A stretch of DNA of 64,000 bases. Origin: Octopus bimaculoides. Its lineage: Eukaryota. Position 1 is the stretch's first letter; each line of letters opens with the position of its first letter. Where the stretch lies: the NCBI RefSeq assembly GCF_001194135.2, contig NC_068989.1:39306642-39370641 (forward strand), in the 5' to 3' direction. The notes beneath the pieces were generated by a model that saw only the letters and a list, made by a program, of their open reading frames with translations, ran no database searches and was not told the DNA's origin. Shown one piece after another: positions 1-13,076 of this stretch. The position numbers were made by a program, and so were the translations under genes.

Positions 1-118
1 TGCTTTGATTTGTGGATGACTGAAAAGTTTGCACTATATTTTGTCACTTGTTCAATTCATATGTGAGCAAGAAGATTACTAGAAGATAGAGCAGCAAACA
101 AAAGAGTAACAGAAGAGC

Positions 119-122
<4 letters not shown>

Positions 123-150
<28 letters not shown>
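123..150. repeat. (AG)14 microsatellite
   Basis: Directly visible. Confidence 0.95.
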
Positions 151-154
<4 letters not shown>

Positions 155-256
155 CTGTTTGTCGGTAAGATGATATAGAAAACAGTATGAGTGAAGGGTG
201 ATGGGGTGAGACAGAGTAATAAAAGTGAGAAAGTATAATGTATATGAACATATCCA

Positions 257-560
257 AGTCCCACAATGCATTGAGGTCTGAGGATATATTCTCATGGAAT
301 ATATCTAAAATACATCATCTATTCATCTCCAAGTGATGAATTCAAGAAATAATAAATTTCTCAAATAATACCCACAATAAAAGACATGTTAGATGATGTA
401 GTCTTAGACATACTCCTATAACGGGAACATGTTCGGACACTGGTTTGTTCTGTCAGAGTTAATGTAGGACTAACCAATAACAACCAATAGACTTGAATCT
501 CTTTTCTTGAAGCCATATAAAGACCATGTTGTATTTTACTTAATTTTTTTCTTCTTCCTT
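257..560 (-). mobile_element. Highly decayed Penelope-like RT remnant
   Basis: The minus strand reads TWR*IDDVF*IY (cf. PLE W.RYIDD.F.IW), preceded by a weak G....S.......L....FEK-like segment. Many stops. Confidence 0.3.
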
Positions 561-829
561 GGTACTCAATCATTAATGACTCCTTTGTTTCACATTCTTG
601 CAGACATTGTCTTTATTTAGGCTGACTGGGTACAAGTGAAAGAAACACTAATGCAAGGGCTATTGGTCAACCAAAATGACACAAAAACAAAAAAAGTTCT
701 TTTTCTAATTCCACACAAGACCTAATTACAGTCAATAGAATTTCTTTGGAGAGAAATTAATAAATGTTGTTACCAAGAATAAGACACAAATAGCACCAAA
801 GATCTAGCCATTGGTTGATGTGCTTAAGA

Positions 830-873
830 CTAATAATAATAATACTAATAATAATAATGATGATGATAATAAC

Positions 874-907
<34 letters not shown>

Positions 908-1410
908 GCCCTGATGCACTACCAGGCACTGGTTCTCATGGCTTCTGATCATAACTGATTGGAAGTGTTGTCATGTACATGATTTGTCTTGGTATAAAAG
1001 TTGGGCTACAACAAATGTTCTTCTCAATACCACAGATTTGCTTGTCAGTTGCTTGACCTTAATCAATTGAGCATGTCCCTTAGTGGCTGACGATATGTGC
1101 ATTTCTGATCACGAGCAGAAGTAGTTGGGAAGCATTATAGTCATGTGTTGAGAGGAATTCTTTTGAATAATTCACCTCTGGAAACATGGGTGTTTCGTAA
1201 TGGTTACTTGACCTGAAGAAAATTCTAACTGGGTCCTACCTGCAAGGTCATGCATTGCTTATCTTGATATGGGATCACAATGTTGTGCACATGTGGTTGT
1301 GATGCATGTATCTGGTGTGCCCTTATCAGATGGGTAGTTATGATGGGTAAACTGGACTTCATACATTTGTACCCCAGTATCACTTTGATGGCTTACACTA
1401 TTCTCTCAAC
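830..1410 (-). repeat. Unclassified retroposed repeat with a (TTA)n tail at 830-904
   Basis: A ~500 bp higher-complexity block bounded by (AAT)n tracts on both sides. Reads as a 3'-tailed retroposon on the minus strand. Only one copy in the window. Confidence 0.4.
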
Positions 1411-1431
1411 AATGATAATAATAATAACAAT

Positions 1432-4330
1432 AACCATCATCATCGTTTAACGTCTGTTTTCCATGCTGGCATGGATGGTTTGACTGAGGTTTGGAAAGCT
1501 AGCAGCTGCACCAGGCTCCAATATGATCTGGCAATGTCTCAACAGCTGGATGCCCTTCCTAATGCCAACCACTCTAAGAGTGTAGTAGGTGCTTTTTATG
1601 TGCCACCAGCACATGGAGCCAGTCATGTGGGCCTGGCATCGATTATGTTTGGATAGTGCTTTTTGCATGCCACTGGCATGGGAGCCAGTCAGGAGGCACT
1701 GGCATTGACCACATTCGGATGATGCATTTTATGTGCCACCAGAACAGGGCCCAGTCAAGTGGCACTGGCCACAGCTACGATTTTGGTTTTACTTGACTCA
1801 ACAGGTATTCTCAAGCATATCATATCACCCAATGCATCAATGGTACTTTTAAATGTACTGGAAATGCAACACTAGCATCAGCCATGGCTGTGATCTCACT
1901 TTAGTTGCCAGGTTTTCTCAATCACAGCATATCTCTAAAGGTCTTGGTCACCTGTCATTATCTCTGTGAGGCCCAACTTTCGAAGGTCATGCTTCAACAC
2001 CTCATCCCATGTCTCCCTGGGTCTACTTCTTCCACAGGTTCCTTCCACAGTTAGGATGTGGCACTTCCTCACACAGCTGTCCTCATCCATATGTAACAAA
2101 TGACCATACCAGCGCAATTGTCTCTCTTGCACACCACATTTGATGCTTCTTATGTCCAACTTTTCTCTCAGAGTGCTCACACTCTGTTGTGTAGGCATAC
2201 TGATATTTCACATCCAGCAGATCATACCAGCTTCATTTCTTTCAAGCCTACGCATGTTCTCAGTAGTCATAGCCCATGATTCATGGCCATGTAGCATGGC
2301 AGATTGCACACATGCATCATACAGTCTACCTTTCATCCTGAATGAGAGGCCCTTAGTTGCCAGCAGAGGTAGGAACTCAATGTACTTTGCCCAGGCGATT
2401 CTTATTCTAGCCACTACACTCTCAAAGTAACTACCCCCAACTACAGATTTGGTCACCTAGGTGGTAGAAGCTATCAACTACTTCTAGTTGTTTTGCCCTG
2501 GCATGTGATGGAATCTGTTTTCTGTACATCTTCAGTGTTTAGTGCCCCTGTGCACCTGCCACACACAAAAACTATCTTCCTGGTTAACCTTCCTTTGATA
2601 TTGCTCCACCTTTCATGTGTCCATAGCTCACACCAGGTACATCATATGGAGTTTCTACTCATGCCTTTTCTACAGATTGAGCAGGGCCATCTACCTGAAG
2701 GGATTTGTGATTTGTCTGCCTTCCTATTTACTAAGACTTGGGTTTTTGCTAGTTTAATCCTAAGACTCTTTGATTCTAGACCATGCTTCCACACCCTAAA
2801 CTTCATCTCTAGTTCTGGCTGTAACTTGGCTATTAGAGCAAGGTCATCAGCATAGACAGGCTCCCAGGAGCAACCTGTCTTGAATTCCTCTGCTATTGCC
2901 TGGAGGACTATGATGAACAAGAGGAGGCTGAGGACTGATCCTTGATGATTCCCTACTTCTATGCGCAATTCTACACCATACTAATTGCCAACCCTCACCT
3001 TACTGACAATATCCCTGTACAGGGCTTGTACAGCTCTCACCAACCACTCGTCTATCTCCAGTTTCCGTATTGACCACATGATAAGAGATCGAGGGACCCT
3101 GTCAAAGTCTTTCTTCCAAGTCAACAAAAGCCAAGTACAGAGGTTTATCTTTGGCTATTTCTCCTGCAGTTGCCTTACCAGAAATATAGCATCAGTGGTG
3201 CTTCTGCCTGACACAAAACCAAACTGCATCTCATCTAAGCAGACTCTCTCCCTAATTAGTTGGGCTATGACCCTCTCTGTAACTTTCATCACCTGATCCA
3301 ATAATTTGATACCCCTGTAGTTATTTCTATCTTAAGCATCACCATTACCTTTGTAGCATTTGATTATGGTGCTGTTACACCAGTCATTGGGTATGACTCC
3401 TTCATGAACTACCTGATTTATGATGTGGGTGATAAGACTATAACCCACACTACCTGATATTTTAAATATCTCAGCAGTGATTCTTGATGGGCCAGGTGCT
3501 TTCCCTGTCTTGATATCTTTAATTGCTTTATCAACCAGGGTACTGTCTATTCGGGTAGCTAGTCACTCAATTGTGTCAACCATTAGCAGGCTCTCCTCCT
3601 CCCAATCATTCTCCACATTCAGCAGTCTTTCATAATGGCATCTCCAAGCTTCTTTCTTTGCAGAGTCATTAAATGCAAGAGCACTATCATCCATGCAGAC
3701 ACATTTCTCTCCTATGACATCACGGTTTTCTCTCACACACTGTTGTGCAACCCAAAATACTTCAGTTCTTTGGTCCTTACGTTGTTGAACATAAGCAAAC
3801 TTCTTTTCTGCTACTCCCTTGACTATATATACCCGTCTCCTAGCTTCCTTTCTGGCTATCTGATACAGTCCCCTGCTACCCCCACTCTTCCGGGCCTGTT
3901 TCTTTGCTTTAATGGCCCTGTCTACAGTATTGTTCCACCACCATGTTATCCTAGGTCTAGAAGGGACTTTGCACCAGACATAGATTTGGTCTGTGGCACT
4001 CAGCAAGATATCTCGCAGGAGTTCCCAGCTGCCTTCTGTGTCACAGGACTGTAGCTCCTCCTCCCTCTCATCAAATTTATCAGTAAGGATATCCCTAAAT
4101 CTCTGATCATGTGAAGGGTTCTTAAGCTTCCAAGTCCTTTTTTTCCAGATTGGTCTGCTTTTTTGGCATCCTTCTGACCTCAAGTCTAAAGTGATTGATA
4201 ACTATTCTATGCTGGAGAGTACATTCTTCACCAGGGAGGGTCTTTGTATTTATGAACAACCATGCACCCCACTGTCTGGTGAGAATGAAATCAATTTGGC
4301 TAGCAGAGTCACCTGACTGATAGGTTATCA
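1432..4330 (-). mobile_element. 5'-truncated RTE-clade LINE (endonuclease C-terminus, RT, C-terminus, 3' UTR, (GAT)n tail)
   Basis: Frameshifted ORF pieces: TYQSGDSASQIDFILTR (AP endonuclease end), WWWNNTVDRAIKAKK linker, HQGSVLSLLLFIIVLQA and VYADDLALIA (RT), RLYDACVQSAMLHGHESWA, RLRWYGHLLHM, GRSRPRETWDEV. 3' tail ttaaacgatgatgatg at ~1432-1452. Confidence 0.92.
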
Positions 4331-5350
4331 GGTGGATGGCTGGCTTTTCTCTCAAGGCACTTGCTCTCTGTCGGGTATGCACACTAAGATTGCACACCCA
4401 GCGGAGCATACTGGCTTCGTTCCTTACAAGCTTACGCATGTCCTCAGCAGTCACGGCCCATGTTTCACTGCCATGTTGCATGGCTGTTCATACACATGCG
4501 TCATACAGTCTACCTTTTACTCTGAACGAGAGGCCCTTTGTCACCAGCAGAGGTAAGAGCTCTCTGAACTTTGCCCAGGCTGTTCATCCAGAGACACAAG
4601 CCAAATGGAAAAGGAGGCTGTGGAAGCTCAAGGATCTTTTGAACAGGCAGAGATTGAGAGATATCCTAAAGGAGGCCTTTGACAAGAAGGAGGGAGAGAT
4701 AGAAACATATGACATAGAGGACAACTGGAAGTTCTGACAGGACAATCTTCTAGGGCAACAGACCAATTTTATGGTTGGAGCAAAATCTCTGCCAGACCAA
4801 GGGTGGTGAGATAATGACATTGGCAAGGCCATAAAAGAAAGAGTTGTGGGTAGCAAAGAAACATATCAGAAGGCTAAAAGGGAGGCTAGACATTAGCTTT
4901 ATCTAGCTAAGGTAGAAGCAAAAAGAGAAGAGATTTGCCGAAGTCTTATAGCATGAAGATCAAAGACTTGACGTGTTCTGGATTGCTAGACAGTGTGTCA
5001 GTGAGAATCGAGACATTGTAGGAGAGAATTTTGTGCGGATGGATAATGATATGCTTGTGCTTAATGATGTGGACAAGAAAGAGGCATGGAAAAGCTATCC
5101 TAGTGGATAGCTTTGAACACATATTTAGACCTTGTAGCAGATTCCATATCAGAGCTACAAGAGAAATTCCAGGTGCAGAAGCAAAACCTGGAGTCTAAGA
5201 ACCTTAAGGTTAACTTAGCAAAGACTAAAGTCCTAGTCAGCAAAACAACTGACAGGACCCTATCCACTTCAGGTAGGTGGCCTTGTTTGATTTGTAGGGA
5301 AGTTGTAGGTAGGAACTCCATACAGTGTACCCAGTGTAAGTTATGGATCT
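4331..5350. mobile_element. Mosaic of rearranged RTE fragments in both orientations
   Basis: 4331-4585 is a minus-strand RTE C-terminal piece (MQHGSETWAVTAEDMRKLVRNEASMLRW). 4586-5100 is a plus-strand linker piece (WKRRLWKLKD...WKF). 5101-5350 is a plus-strand RT piece (LVADSISELQEKF...NLAKTKVLVS...GRWPCLIC). Confidence 0.85.
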
Positions 5351-5355
5351 TCGTG

Positions 5356-5386
<31 letters not shown>

Positions 5387-5745
5387 ACCTCAGTCTCTTT
5401 GTGCATGCATGTTGAAGTATTTCTATGTGTATGGGTTTGTATGAATATGTACATACGTCTGTTATGTATGGATGCCTGTTTCCATATGTGTCCTTGTGTG
5501 TGTATGAAGTATGCATGTGTATATGGTCATGTGTTTCAGTCTTCCTTTGTGTATGTATGTATGTGGGTGTGCCTGTCTGTCCATGTTACCTATGTACCTA
5601 TCTATCTGCTTGTCTATCTGTTTACTTACATATCCATTTACTTAATTATGTATGTATGTGTATATATATATGTCTACATAACAGCCTACTAACAAATCTA
5701 CCTGTGTATGTATAAACTGTGAATAAATTGGGGTATCACTACCTT

Positions 5746-6300
5746 CTACGTATATTTCCTATTTAGTACTGGGGATGTTTCATTTATGAGGACGTACTCC
5801 TGTATTTGTCTGAGGGTTGGGTGCTTGGATAAAATGCAGATATCAAGTCTACCGAGTGTGCCTCTATGTTGGTCTTTGGCATGTTGGTAGAGTATGAAGA
5901 ACTGTTTTTTGTCATCATATTGCCTCAAATGTTCATTTAGTCTCTCCACAATGTTTCTAGATGTCTCACCAATGTACGTCATGTTTTTTGTCTTTACAAG
6001 CACCCTCTATGCACCTTATTCTGCACACGACATTTCTAGTTCTACAATTAATGCCAGGATTAATCTTACATACCATGCAGTTCTCATTGGTGCATGTGGT
6101 ATTCTCAAAGTGGCACATCCTACATAATTGTGATCTGATGGAGCTCCCTGGCTTTTCAACAATCTTAATGTTGATTATGATCTCCTTCAGAGCATTCCTA
6201 AATATTTGGTTCTAGTTGTCCATGGGCTGTGGCCTCTACAAACATCACTCCTTGATATTTGTCGGCCTTGTAACATGTGTTCACCCTGTTTGCTTTGTCA
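5746..6300 (-). mobile_element. Penelope-like element 3' part (GIY-YIG endonuclease), decayed
   Basis: ORF 5746-6003: TYIGETSRNIVERLNEHLRQ...LYQHAKDQH...RQIQEYVLINETSPVLNRK, the typical PLE YIGET.R....R..EH ... E...I....P.LN pattern. Confidence 0.8.
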
Positions 6301-6997
6301 CAAACTGGAATAGAATACAGCATTATTTGAACTCAGATCACAAAGTGTCAGAACAAATTTCTCAAAGCATTTTATCTAACTAATGACTCAGATGATTTAC
6401 CACTTAAGGCATTGATTTACTGATTTTCAAACATAAAATGTCAACAATATCGATCTCATCAGTTGTGATGAGCATGTAAAAGTAATGGACACTGACCTTT
6501 CCTTCTAGTTAAATCTGTATACTCCCACCACCAAAACAACCCCACTAAATGCTGTTTAACATTTAATATGGCATCCACCATTCTGTGAATTCCCTGTCTT
6601 TGCCATTAGAGAACAGATAATTCTGCAATCATCAGCTGTCAGTTATTTTCAATCATCTTGTCACAAAATAATTACAGCATATTTTAGAATTTTGATAGAA
6701 ATATCATTTCCACCTGATACTTCATTAGGCATTATCCTTTGTAACCCAACTCTAGGCTCTGGTCCAGTACTTCATGTATAATGTTGACAACACTAACATT
6801 GATTTTTAAAACTATGACAATAGAGATTACCAGGAATTAATTAATCTGTCACAGCTGTGATAAGTTGATCTTCTTGATTATATAACAGTAACAAAACACA
6901 CCTATCAAACCCACCGGGATCATCATGGTATTAAAAAATACCTGCTACTCTAAATTAGAAGAAAGGAAAACAATTTTCATTACCTTAGTATTTGAAA

Positions 6998-7397
6998 TGA
7001 TGGCTGTGTGGTAAGTAGCTTGTTTACCAACCACATGGTTCTGGGTTCAGTCCCACTGCGTGGCACCTTGGGCAAGTGTCTTCTACTATAGCCTCGGGCC
7101 GACTAAAGCCTTGTGAGTGGATTTGGTAGACAGAAACTGAAAGAAGCCCGTCATATATATGTATATGTATATATATGTATGTGTGTTTGCGTGTCTGTGT
7201 TTGTCCCCCCACCATTGCTTGACAACCGATGCTGGTGTGTTCACGTCCCCATAACTTAGTGGTTCGGCAAAAAGAGACCGATAGAATAAGTACTAGGCTT
7301 ACAAAGAATAAGTCCTGGGGTCGATTTGCTCGACTAAAGGCGGTGCTCCACCATGGCCACAGTCAAATGACTGAAACAAGTAAGAGAGTAAGAGAGC
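6998..7397 (+). mobile_element. Near full-length tRNA-derived SINE (family A in this window)
   Basis: Pol III A box TGGCTGTGTGG and B box GGGTTCAGTCCC, body gtgagtggatttggtagacagaaactgaaagaagcccgtc, internal (TA)/(TG) tract, tail gactgaaacaagtaagagag. Many homologous copies in the window. Confidence 0.85.
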
Positions 7398-7489
7398 ATG
7401 TATAAATTTCATGTCATCTACTTGTGTTCAACTATCAAGATATAATAACTTTGTACTGGAATGGTTCTGAGCTATATTCTACTTTTTTA

Positions 7490-7800
7490 TAAAATGGCTG
7501 ACAAATTTGAGTAACGTGCCTTCTTTAAATTTTGCACAAAACATAAACAATCAGCTATAAAGACCCTTGTATTGCTTTGTCAGGCACAATTTCTTTCATT
7601 TTAACACTGGTTTTTGACTGATTTGCATGTTTCAAGACTGGTCAACAGTCACTTCAAAATGACTAGTACTCAGGGTAGTAACTCACTATAAAAGCATCAT
7701 ATGTGGAAAAAATTTATGAATCATCCATGAGGATATTTGGCAAACAATCTGTCAGTTCTATTGTGTAATCTGAAACTATGACAGAGTCTGACAGAAGAAC
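7490..7800 (+). mobile_element. Mariner transposase N-terminal (HTH) fragment
   Basis: MADKFE*RAFFKFCTKHKQSAIKTL resembles the mariner start M....EQR..IKFC.....SA.ET. Confidence 0.5.
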
Positions 7801-7819
7801 CTTACGGCAAACCTAAACT

Positions 7820-7857
<38 letters not shown>

Positions 7858-7858
<1 letters not shown>

Positions 7859-7967
7859 TGGGGGTGCAATGGCCCAGTGGTTAGAGCAGCGGACTTGTGG
7901 TTGTAGGATTGCGGTTTCGATTCCCAGATCGGACATTGTGAGTGTTTATTAAATGAAAACACCTACA
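7858..7967 (+). mobile_element. tRNA-derived SINE head
   Basis: A box TGGCCCAGTGG and B box GGTTTCGATTCCC with tRNA-like spacing. No 3' acceptor stem, so not a tRNA gene. Confidence 0.65.
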
Positions 7968-9200
7968 GCTCCCAAGAACATGCATAAGCTTGAAAGAAAT
8001 GATGCCAGTATGCTTCGCTGGATGTGCAATGTCAGTGTGCATGTTCAACAGAGTGTAAGCCACTTGAGAGAAAAGTTAAGCATAAGAGGCATGAGATGTG
8101 GTGTCCAAGAGAAACAACTGCACTGGTATGGTCATGTGATGCATATAGACAGTGCTGGATTAACCCTTAAGCAAAATAAGCATGTGTTTAGGGCATCAAG
8201 GAAAGGAGGGGACACCACAGAATGGTAAATGATTTATGGCACTAAAGAAATCACTTTAAACTTGCTAAAATAATATTCGGGATGCCTTTATCTCTACTAA
8301 GTATAGATGCAGATGTGTTACCTAAAGATTAATTTTGAGAGTCTGATCAAAGACTTTGCAATTCAAAAACGTTGGAGGTAACTTTTCAAATATAAATAAA
8401 GTGGAAATATGCAAAAATAAACATTATTTTCCCTCTTACTGTTTTGTTTTGTTTTGAAAAATAAAAATTTATTTAATGATTTGTTATTGCTTATATTTTG
8501 AATTACATAATCTTTTACGGGGGCACTAAAATCTTGTAAGTGCTTAGGGCCTCAATTGGTCTTAATCCAGCCCTACATCTAGACAAGGACAACTGTGTAA
8601 AGAAGTTCCGATCTCTAACTGTGGAGGGAACCTGTTGTAGAGGTAAACTCAAGAAGACATGGGATGAAGTGGTGAAGCAAGATCTTTGAACTTTGAGCCT
8701 CACAGAGGCAATGACTAGTGACCGAGACCTTTGGTGATATACTGTGCTTGAGAAGACTCATCAAGCCAAGTGAAATCATAGTCATGGCTGATGTTGGTGT
8801 CATGTAACTGGCATCCTTGCTGGTGGCATGTAAAAAGCACCAATGGAGCATTGGGCCTCACAGAGGCAAAATGGCTGAGTTCCTTTCTAGTGTTGGGCCT
8901 TCATGAAGGCAAAGTGGCCGAGTTCCATTCGAGTGTTGGGCCTCACTGAGGCAATCATCAAAACCTTTGGCATTATGTTGTGCTTGAGAAGAAGACCCAT
9001 CAAGCCGAACAAAATGGCAGTTGTGGCTGATACCAGTGTCATGCAAATGGCACCCATGCCAGTGGCATGTAATAGTACCTATTTACACTCTTGGAGTGGT
9101 TGGTGTTAAGAAGGGCATCCAGCCACAGAAAATCATGCCAAATCAGATTGGTGTCTGGTGCAGCTTTCCATCTTACCAGCCCTGGTCAACCCATCCAACC
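7968..9200 (+). mobile_element. RTE LINE 3' fragment interrupted by a hAT element
   Basis: HKLERNDASMLRWMCNVSV...LHWYGHVMHID stops at 8149. It resumes at 8584 with the NCVKKFRSLTVEGTC.RGKLKKTWDEVVKQDL equivalent and the 3' UTR. Homologous to 1446-2300. Confidence 0.85.
8150..8575 (+). mobile_element. Non-autonomous hAT DNA transposon (426 bp)
   Basis: TIRs CAGTGCTGGATTAA / TTAATCCAGCCCTA. 8-bp TSD CATATAGA (8142-8149) / CATCTAGA (8576-8583), one mismatch. Internal remnant SLLSIDADVLPK-INFESLIKDFAIQKRWR matches a hAT transposase C-terminus. Confidence 0.8.
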
Positions 9201-9936
9201 CATATATATATATATATATCAGCAGCAGTAGCATCAGTATCATTGTTTTGACAACCACACTTTCATGCTGGCAGATTTCCTATAGTCAAATATTCTTCTT
9301 GTTACCAACTTTAATCTATTTCCAAGTAAAATGATATTAAACATAGCCCTTGAGGCACAGAGGGTTCAGTAGCTGAACATGTATGAATTGTGACCTTGTT
9401 TTCATGCAGCATACAAATGACTTCAAAAAGAAGGGTAGACACAAATACAGACTCACACAGACAGACATACATGTGGAGTGGAATGAAATACACAGGGTTT
9501 CCTGCTGTATTACAATATAATAATAAAATGGGTTCCAGCATAGTTGATATTGTAAGCCTATTGTTTAATTTTGAATTAAAATTACACTCCTAGTGAAAAG
9601 AATGATTATAAAATAGCATCCTCCTTGGTTTTCATACCTTCTTCCTCGAGCATTGTTTCACCCTCATTAATTTTTTTTTTTACCTTTTCAATTATTTTTC
9701 AATATTTTTCCACCATAACACTTTGTCTCTCTCTCTTCATCTCTCTCTTTTTCTTCTTATGAAGGACTAGCTTCTGAAATATGAAGACATGCCATTTCAA
9801 TTTCTCACACATTAAACTAACACCATTACTTGTCAAACTTTGTTCTTTCTGTCTTCAAAGTTTGCCTGTATATAGTAGACAACACACACAAATGTACATA
9901 TACACTACTTAAACTACACACACACACACACACACA

Positions 9937-9980
<44 letters not shown>

Positions 9981-10023
9981 CAACATGGAAAGGAGATGTT
10001 AAATGATGATGATGATATATATA

Positions 10024-10881
10024 NNNNNNNNNNNNNNNNNNNNNNNNNNNNNNNNNNNNNNNNNNNNNNNNNNNNNNNNNNNNNNNNNNNNNNNNNNNNN
10101 NNNNNNNNNNNNNNNNNNNNNNNNNNNNNNNNNNNNNNNNNNNNNNNNNNNNNNNNNNNNNNNNNNNNNNNNNNNNNNNNNNNNNNNNNNNNNNNNNNNN
10201 NNNNNNNNNNNNNNNNNNNNNNNNNNNNNNNNNNNNNNNNNNNNNNNNNNNNNNNNNNNNNNNNNNNNNNNNNNNNNNNNNNNNNNNNNNNNNNNNNNNN
10301 NNNNNNNNNNNNNNNNNNNNNNNNNNNNNNNNNNNNNNNNNNNNNNNNNNNNNNNNNNNNNNNNNNNNNNNNNNNNNNNNNNNNNNNNNNNNNNNNNNNN
10401 NNNNNNNNNNNNNNNNNNNNNNNNNNNNNNNNNNNNNNNNNNNNNNNNNNNNNNNNNNNNNNNNNNNNNNNNNNNNNNNNNNNNNNNNNNNNNNNNNNNN
10501 NNNNNNNNNNNNNNNNNNNNNNNNNNNNNNNNNNNNNNNNNNNNNNNNNNNNNNNNNNNNNNNNNNNNNNNNNNNNNNNNNNNNNNNNNNNNNNNNNNNN
10601 NNNNNNNNNNNNNNNNNNNNNNNNNNNNNNNNNNNNNNNNNNNNNNNNNNNNNNNNNNNNNNNNNNNNNNNNNNNNNNNNNNNNNNNNNNNNNNNNNNNN
10701 NNNNNNNNNNNNNNNNNNNNNNNNNNNNNNNNNNNNNNNNNNNNNNNNNNNNNNNNNNNNNNNNNNNNNNNNNNNNNNNNNNNNNNNNNNNNNNNNNNNN
10801 NNNNNNNNNNNNNNNNNNNNNNNNNNNNNNNNNNNNNNNNNNNNNNNNNNNNNNNNNNNNNNNNNNNNNNNNNNNNNNNNN
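10024..10881. other. Assembly gap (858 N) flanked by (TA)n
   Basis: Run of N. Confidence 0.99.
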
Positions 10882-10882
10882 N

Positions 10883-10923
<41 letters not shown>

Positions 10924-11859
10924 ATGAAATAGTTTATATGTAACTTCCAACAATTCAAAGTTAAATCCCCATCAGAATTTGCTTTGTTACTCAATCCAAT
11001 TATTTGATAAAATTTGAAAATATGAAAATAAAAACATAGAATGCTCAGTAAATAAACTGGAAACAAATAAAATGAATCTGCATTCAGGAAGAGATCAAAT
11101 ATCAAATGTTTGGTTGATGTTAACTTCAAGCTAAATATGAACTTAACATGCCAACTATAAATTGCTTCTGTAACTGTCAACAAAATCATTTCACTGTTTC
11201 AGCAAAGCAACAATCCTTGCTTCAATTACGAAATGTCCATCACCAATGCTCCAGTTTAGTGTATACTATTTTACAATAGTCCAATATATAAGATAGATAT
11301 ACAATTACGTCACTTCTAGCCTGCTGAATTTAAAAACTACTACCAAATAAAAGACTCAGCCCATACATAGGTATAAATTAGTGTTAGCATGTATAATACT
11401 CAGGGTGGTAAAAGGTTAGCTAGGAATAAATATGTACGGAGTAAAACATGATGCTAATTTAATGACTAATATTATCTAGTAAGAATAGAAAACATTTCAG
11501 ACATGCCTTATTCTGACTTTATTAGCTCAGCATTGTGATAAATGAATGACTAAGCAAATGTGCAAAATTGTATATTTGTATGTATAAGAACATAGAATTG
11601 TTTAAAAGAGAAATTGTTCAGAGCTGCCAACAACATGGAAAACAACTGTTGAATTCGTATCAACATATATTTGTATTGATGCGTAATAGATACAAATACG
11701 TGGTCAAGAAAAAATATGAGCCACTGGCTAGTGGCCTAGCCTGAATGCTTGCAATGGAGGAGACTCCAGCAGAAGCACCCTAAAGTGCTAAATAAGGATG
11801 CTCAACCAATCATTTGAGTAAGTCCAACATTACATTGTTGAAATTTTTATCTTTCTTCT

Positions 11860-12051
11860 AAGTTTTACTTATTTCAGTCATTAGACTGAGGCCATACTGG
11901 GGCACTGCCTTGAAGAATTTTAGTCAAATGAATCAGCCCCAGTATTTGTTTTAAACCTGGTACTTATTCTATTGGTCTCTTTTGCTGAACCTCTAAGTTA
12001 CAAGGATGTAAACACACCAACATTGGTTGTCAAGTGATGGTGGGGAGAAAT

Positions 12052-12084
<33 letters not shown>

Positions 12085-12250
12085 AACACACACACACATA
12101 CGATGGACTTCTTCCACTTTCTGTCTGCCAAATCCACTCACAACACTTTGGCCAGACCATGGCTATAGTAGAAGACACCTGCCCAAGATACCACACCGTG
12201 GGACTGGACATGGTTGTAAAGCAAACTTTTTACCACACAACCATGACTGC
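11860..12250 (-). mobile_element. SINE family A copy
   Basis: Reverse complement of the 6998-7397 element, with an internal (CA)n tract. Confidence 0.8.
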
Positions 12251-12319
12251 ACCTAGGAATTTATTTTCAACATAATGTAGTTTGCTAATAAAGTAAAAGG
12301 TGCAAGAGGTACCTGAAAA

Positions 12320-13060
12320 TACATTTGAAAATTCAATAAAGCAACGAGCAAATATATTTTAATAAAAATGTGTACACGTGTCCTTCATAAGCTTTGACAC
12401 CACTTGGACAATGTTGCATTTTAGTGAAGCCATAGTATTGTGATGATGTTAACTAGTCTCCCTTGCAACAGTGCTCCAATGGCAGTAGTCCATAGGATTT
12501 AAATTTGGAGAGTTTGGAGGCCACAAATTTAGTATTACATGGTTGTAAAAATTGTCTGACATCCATACTCAGTTTATGTGGGATTTGTGAAAAGGTGTTA
12601 AGTCTTGTTGAAACATGTTTGGCCTTTCACTGCATACTTCATCCAAGGCTTAACAAATGTCTCCAGCACCTCAACATATCCAGCAACATTAATTCTAAGA
12701 CCCTGTGGGGAAAATGTGAAGTGACATAACATGACTTTCATCACTTACAAATTCTAAAACCACCAAAGTTGCTGAAAACTTAGTGTGTATCACTCTGGAA
12801 CAGCAGAAGAATTTTCACATGGCCATCTGGCATTTTTCCTGTTAGATACTTGATTTTGGTCACAGTTTTTACCATCAGAGAAGAACTAAGACATTATGCT
12901 CATGAGGGCTTTAATTTTGATAAGTAACTGCTTGGACTAGATCAAATGGTTTCCCCTTTTGATACTGTTGAAAAGTTCTTGCCAGAAACTTCCAATTCCA
13001 TTCAAATTTTGTATATAAAAGATCTTACAACATTTGGCAAGTCAGTGATTTTCTAAGTCA
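12320..13060 (-). mobile_element. Decayed Tc1/mariner (DD37D-like) transposase fragment
   Basis: The minus strand gives WPPNSPNLNPM (WPPnSPDLNPlD motif) followed by a typical C-terminal helix region. The 5' part is lost next to the neighbouring element. Confidence 0.6.
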
Positions 13061-13076
13061 TTGTGACCTATACATA

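Noticed and set aside
7862-7935. tRNA-like sequence
   Set aside because: It has A and B boxes but no complementary acceptor stem, and it continues into a repeat body. It is a SINE head.
8830-8960. Repeated ~43-bp units resembling a CRISPR array
   Set aside because: The units are contiguous and degenerate without unique spacers, lie in an RTE 3' UTR, and the context is eukaryotic.
9826-11189. Long ORFs of 300-400 aa around 10 kb (also at 38.2-38.6 kb and 60.9-62.0 kb)
   Set aside because: They are artefacts of N runs and (TA)n/(CA)n flanks.
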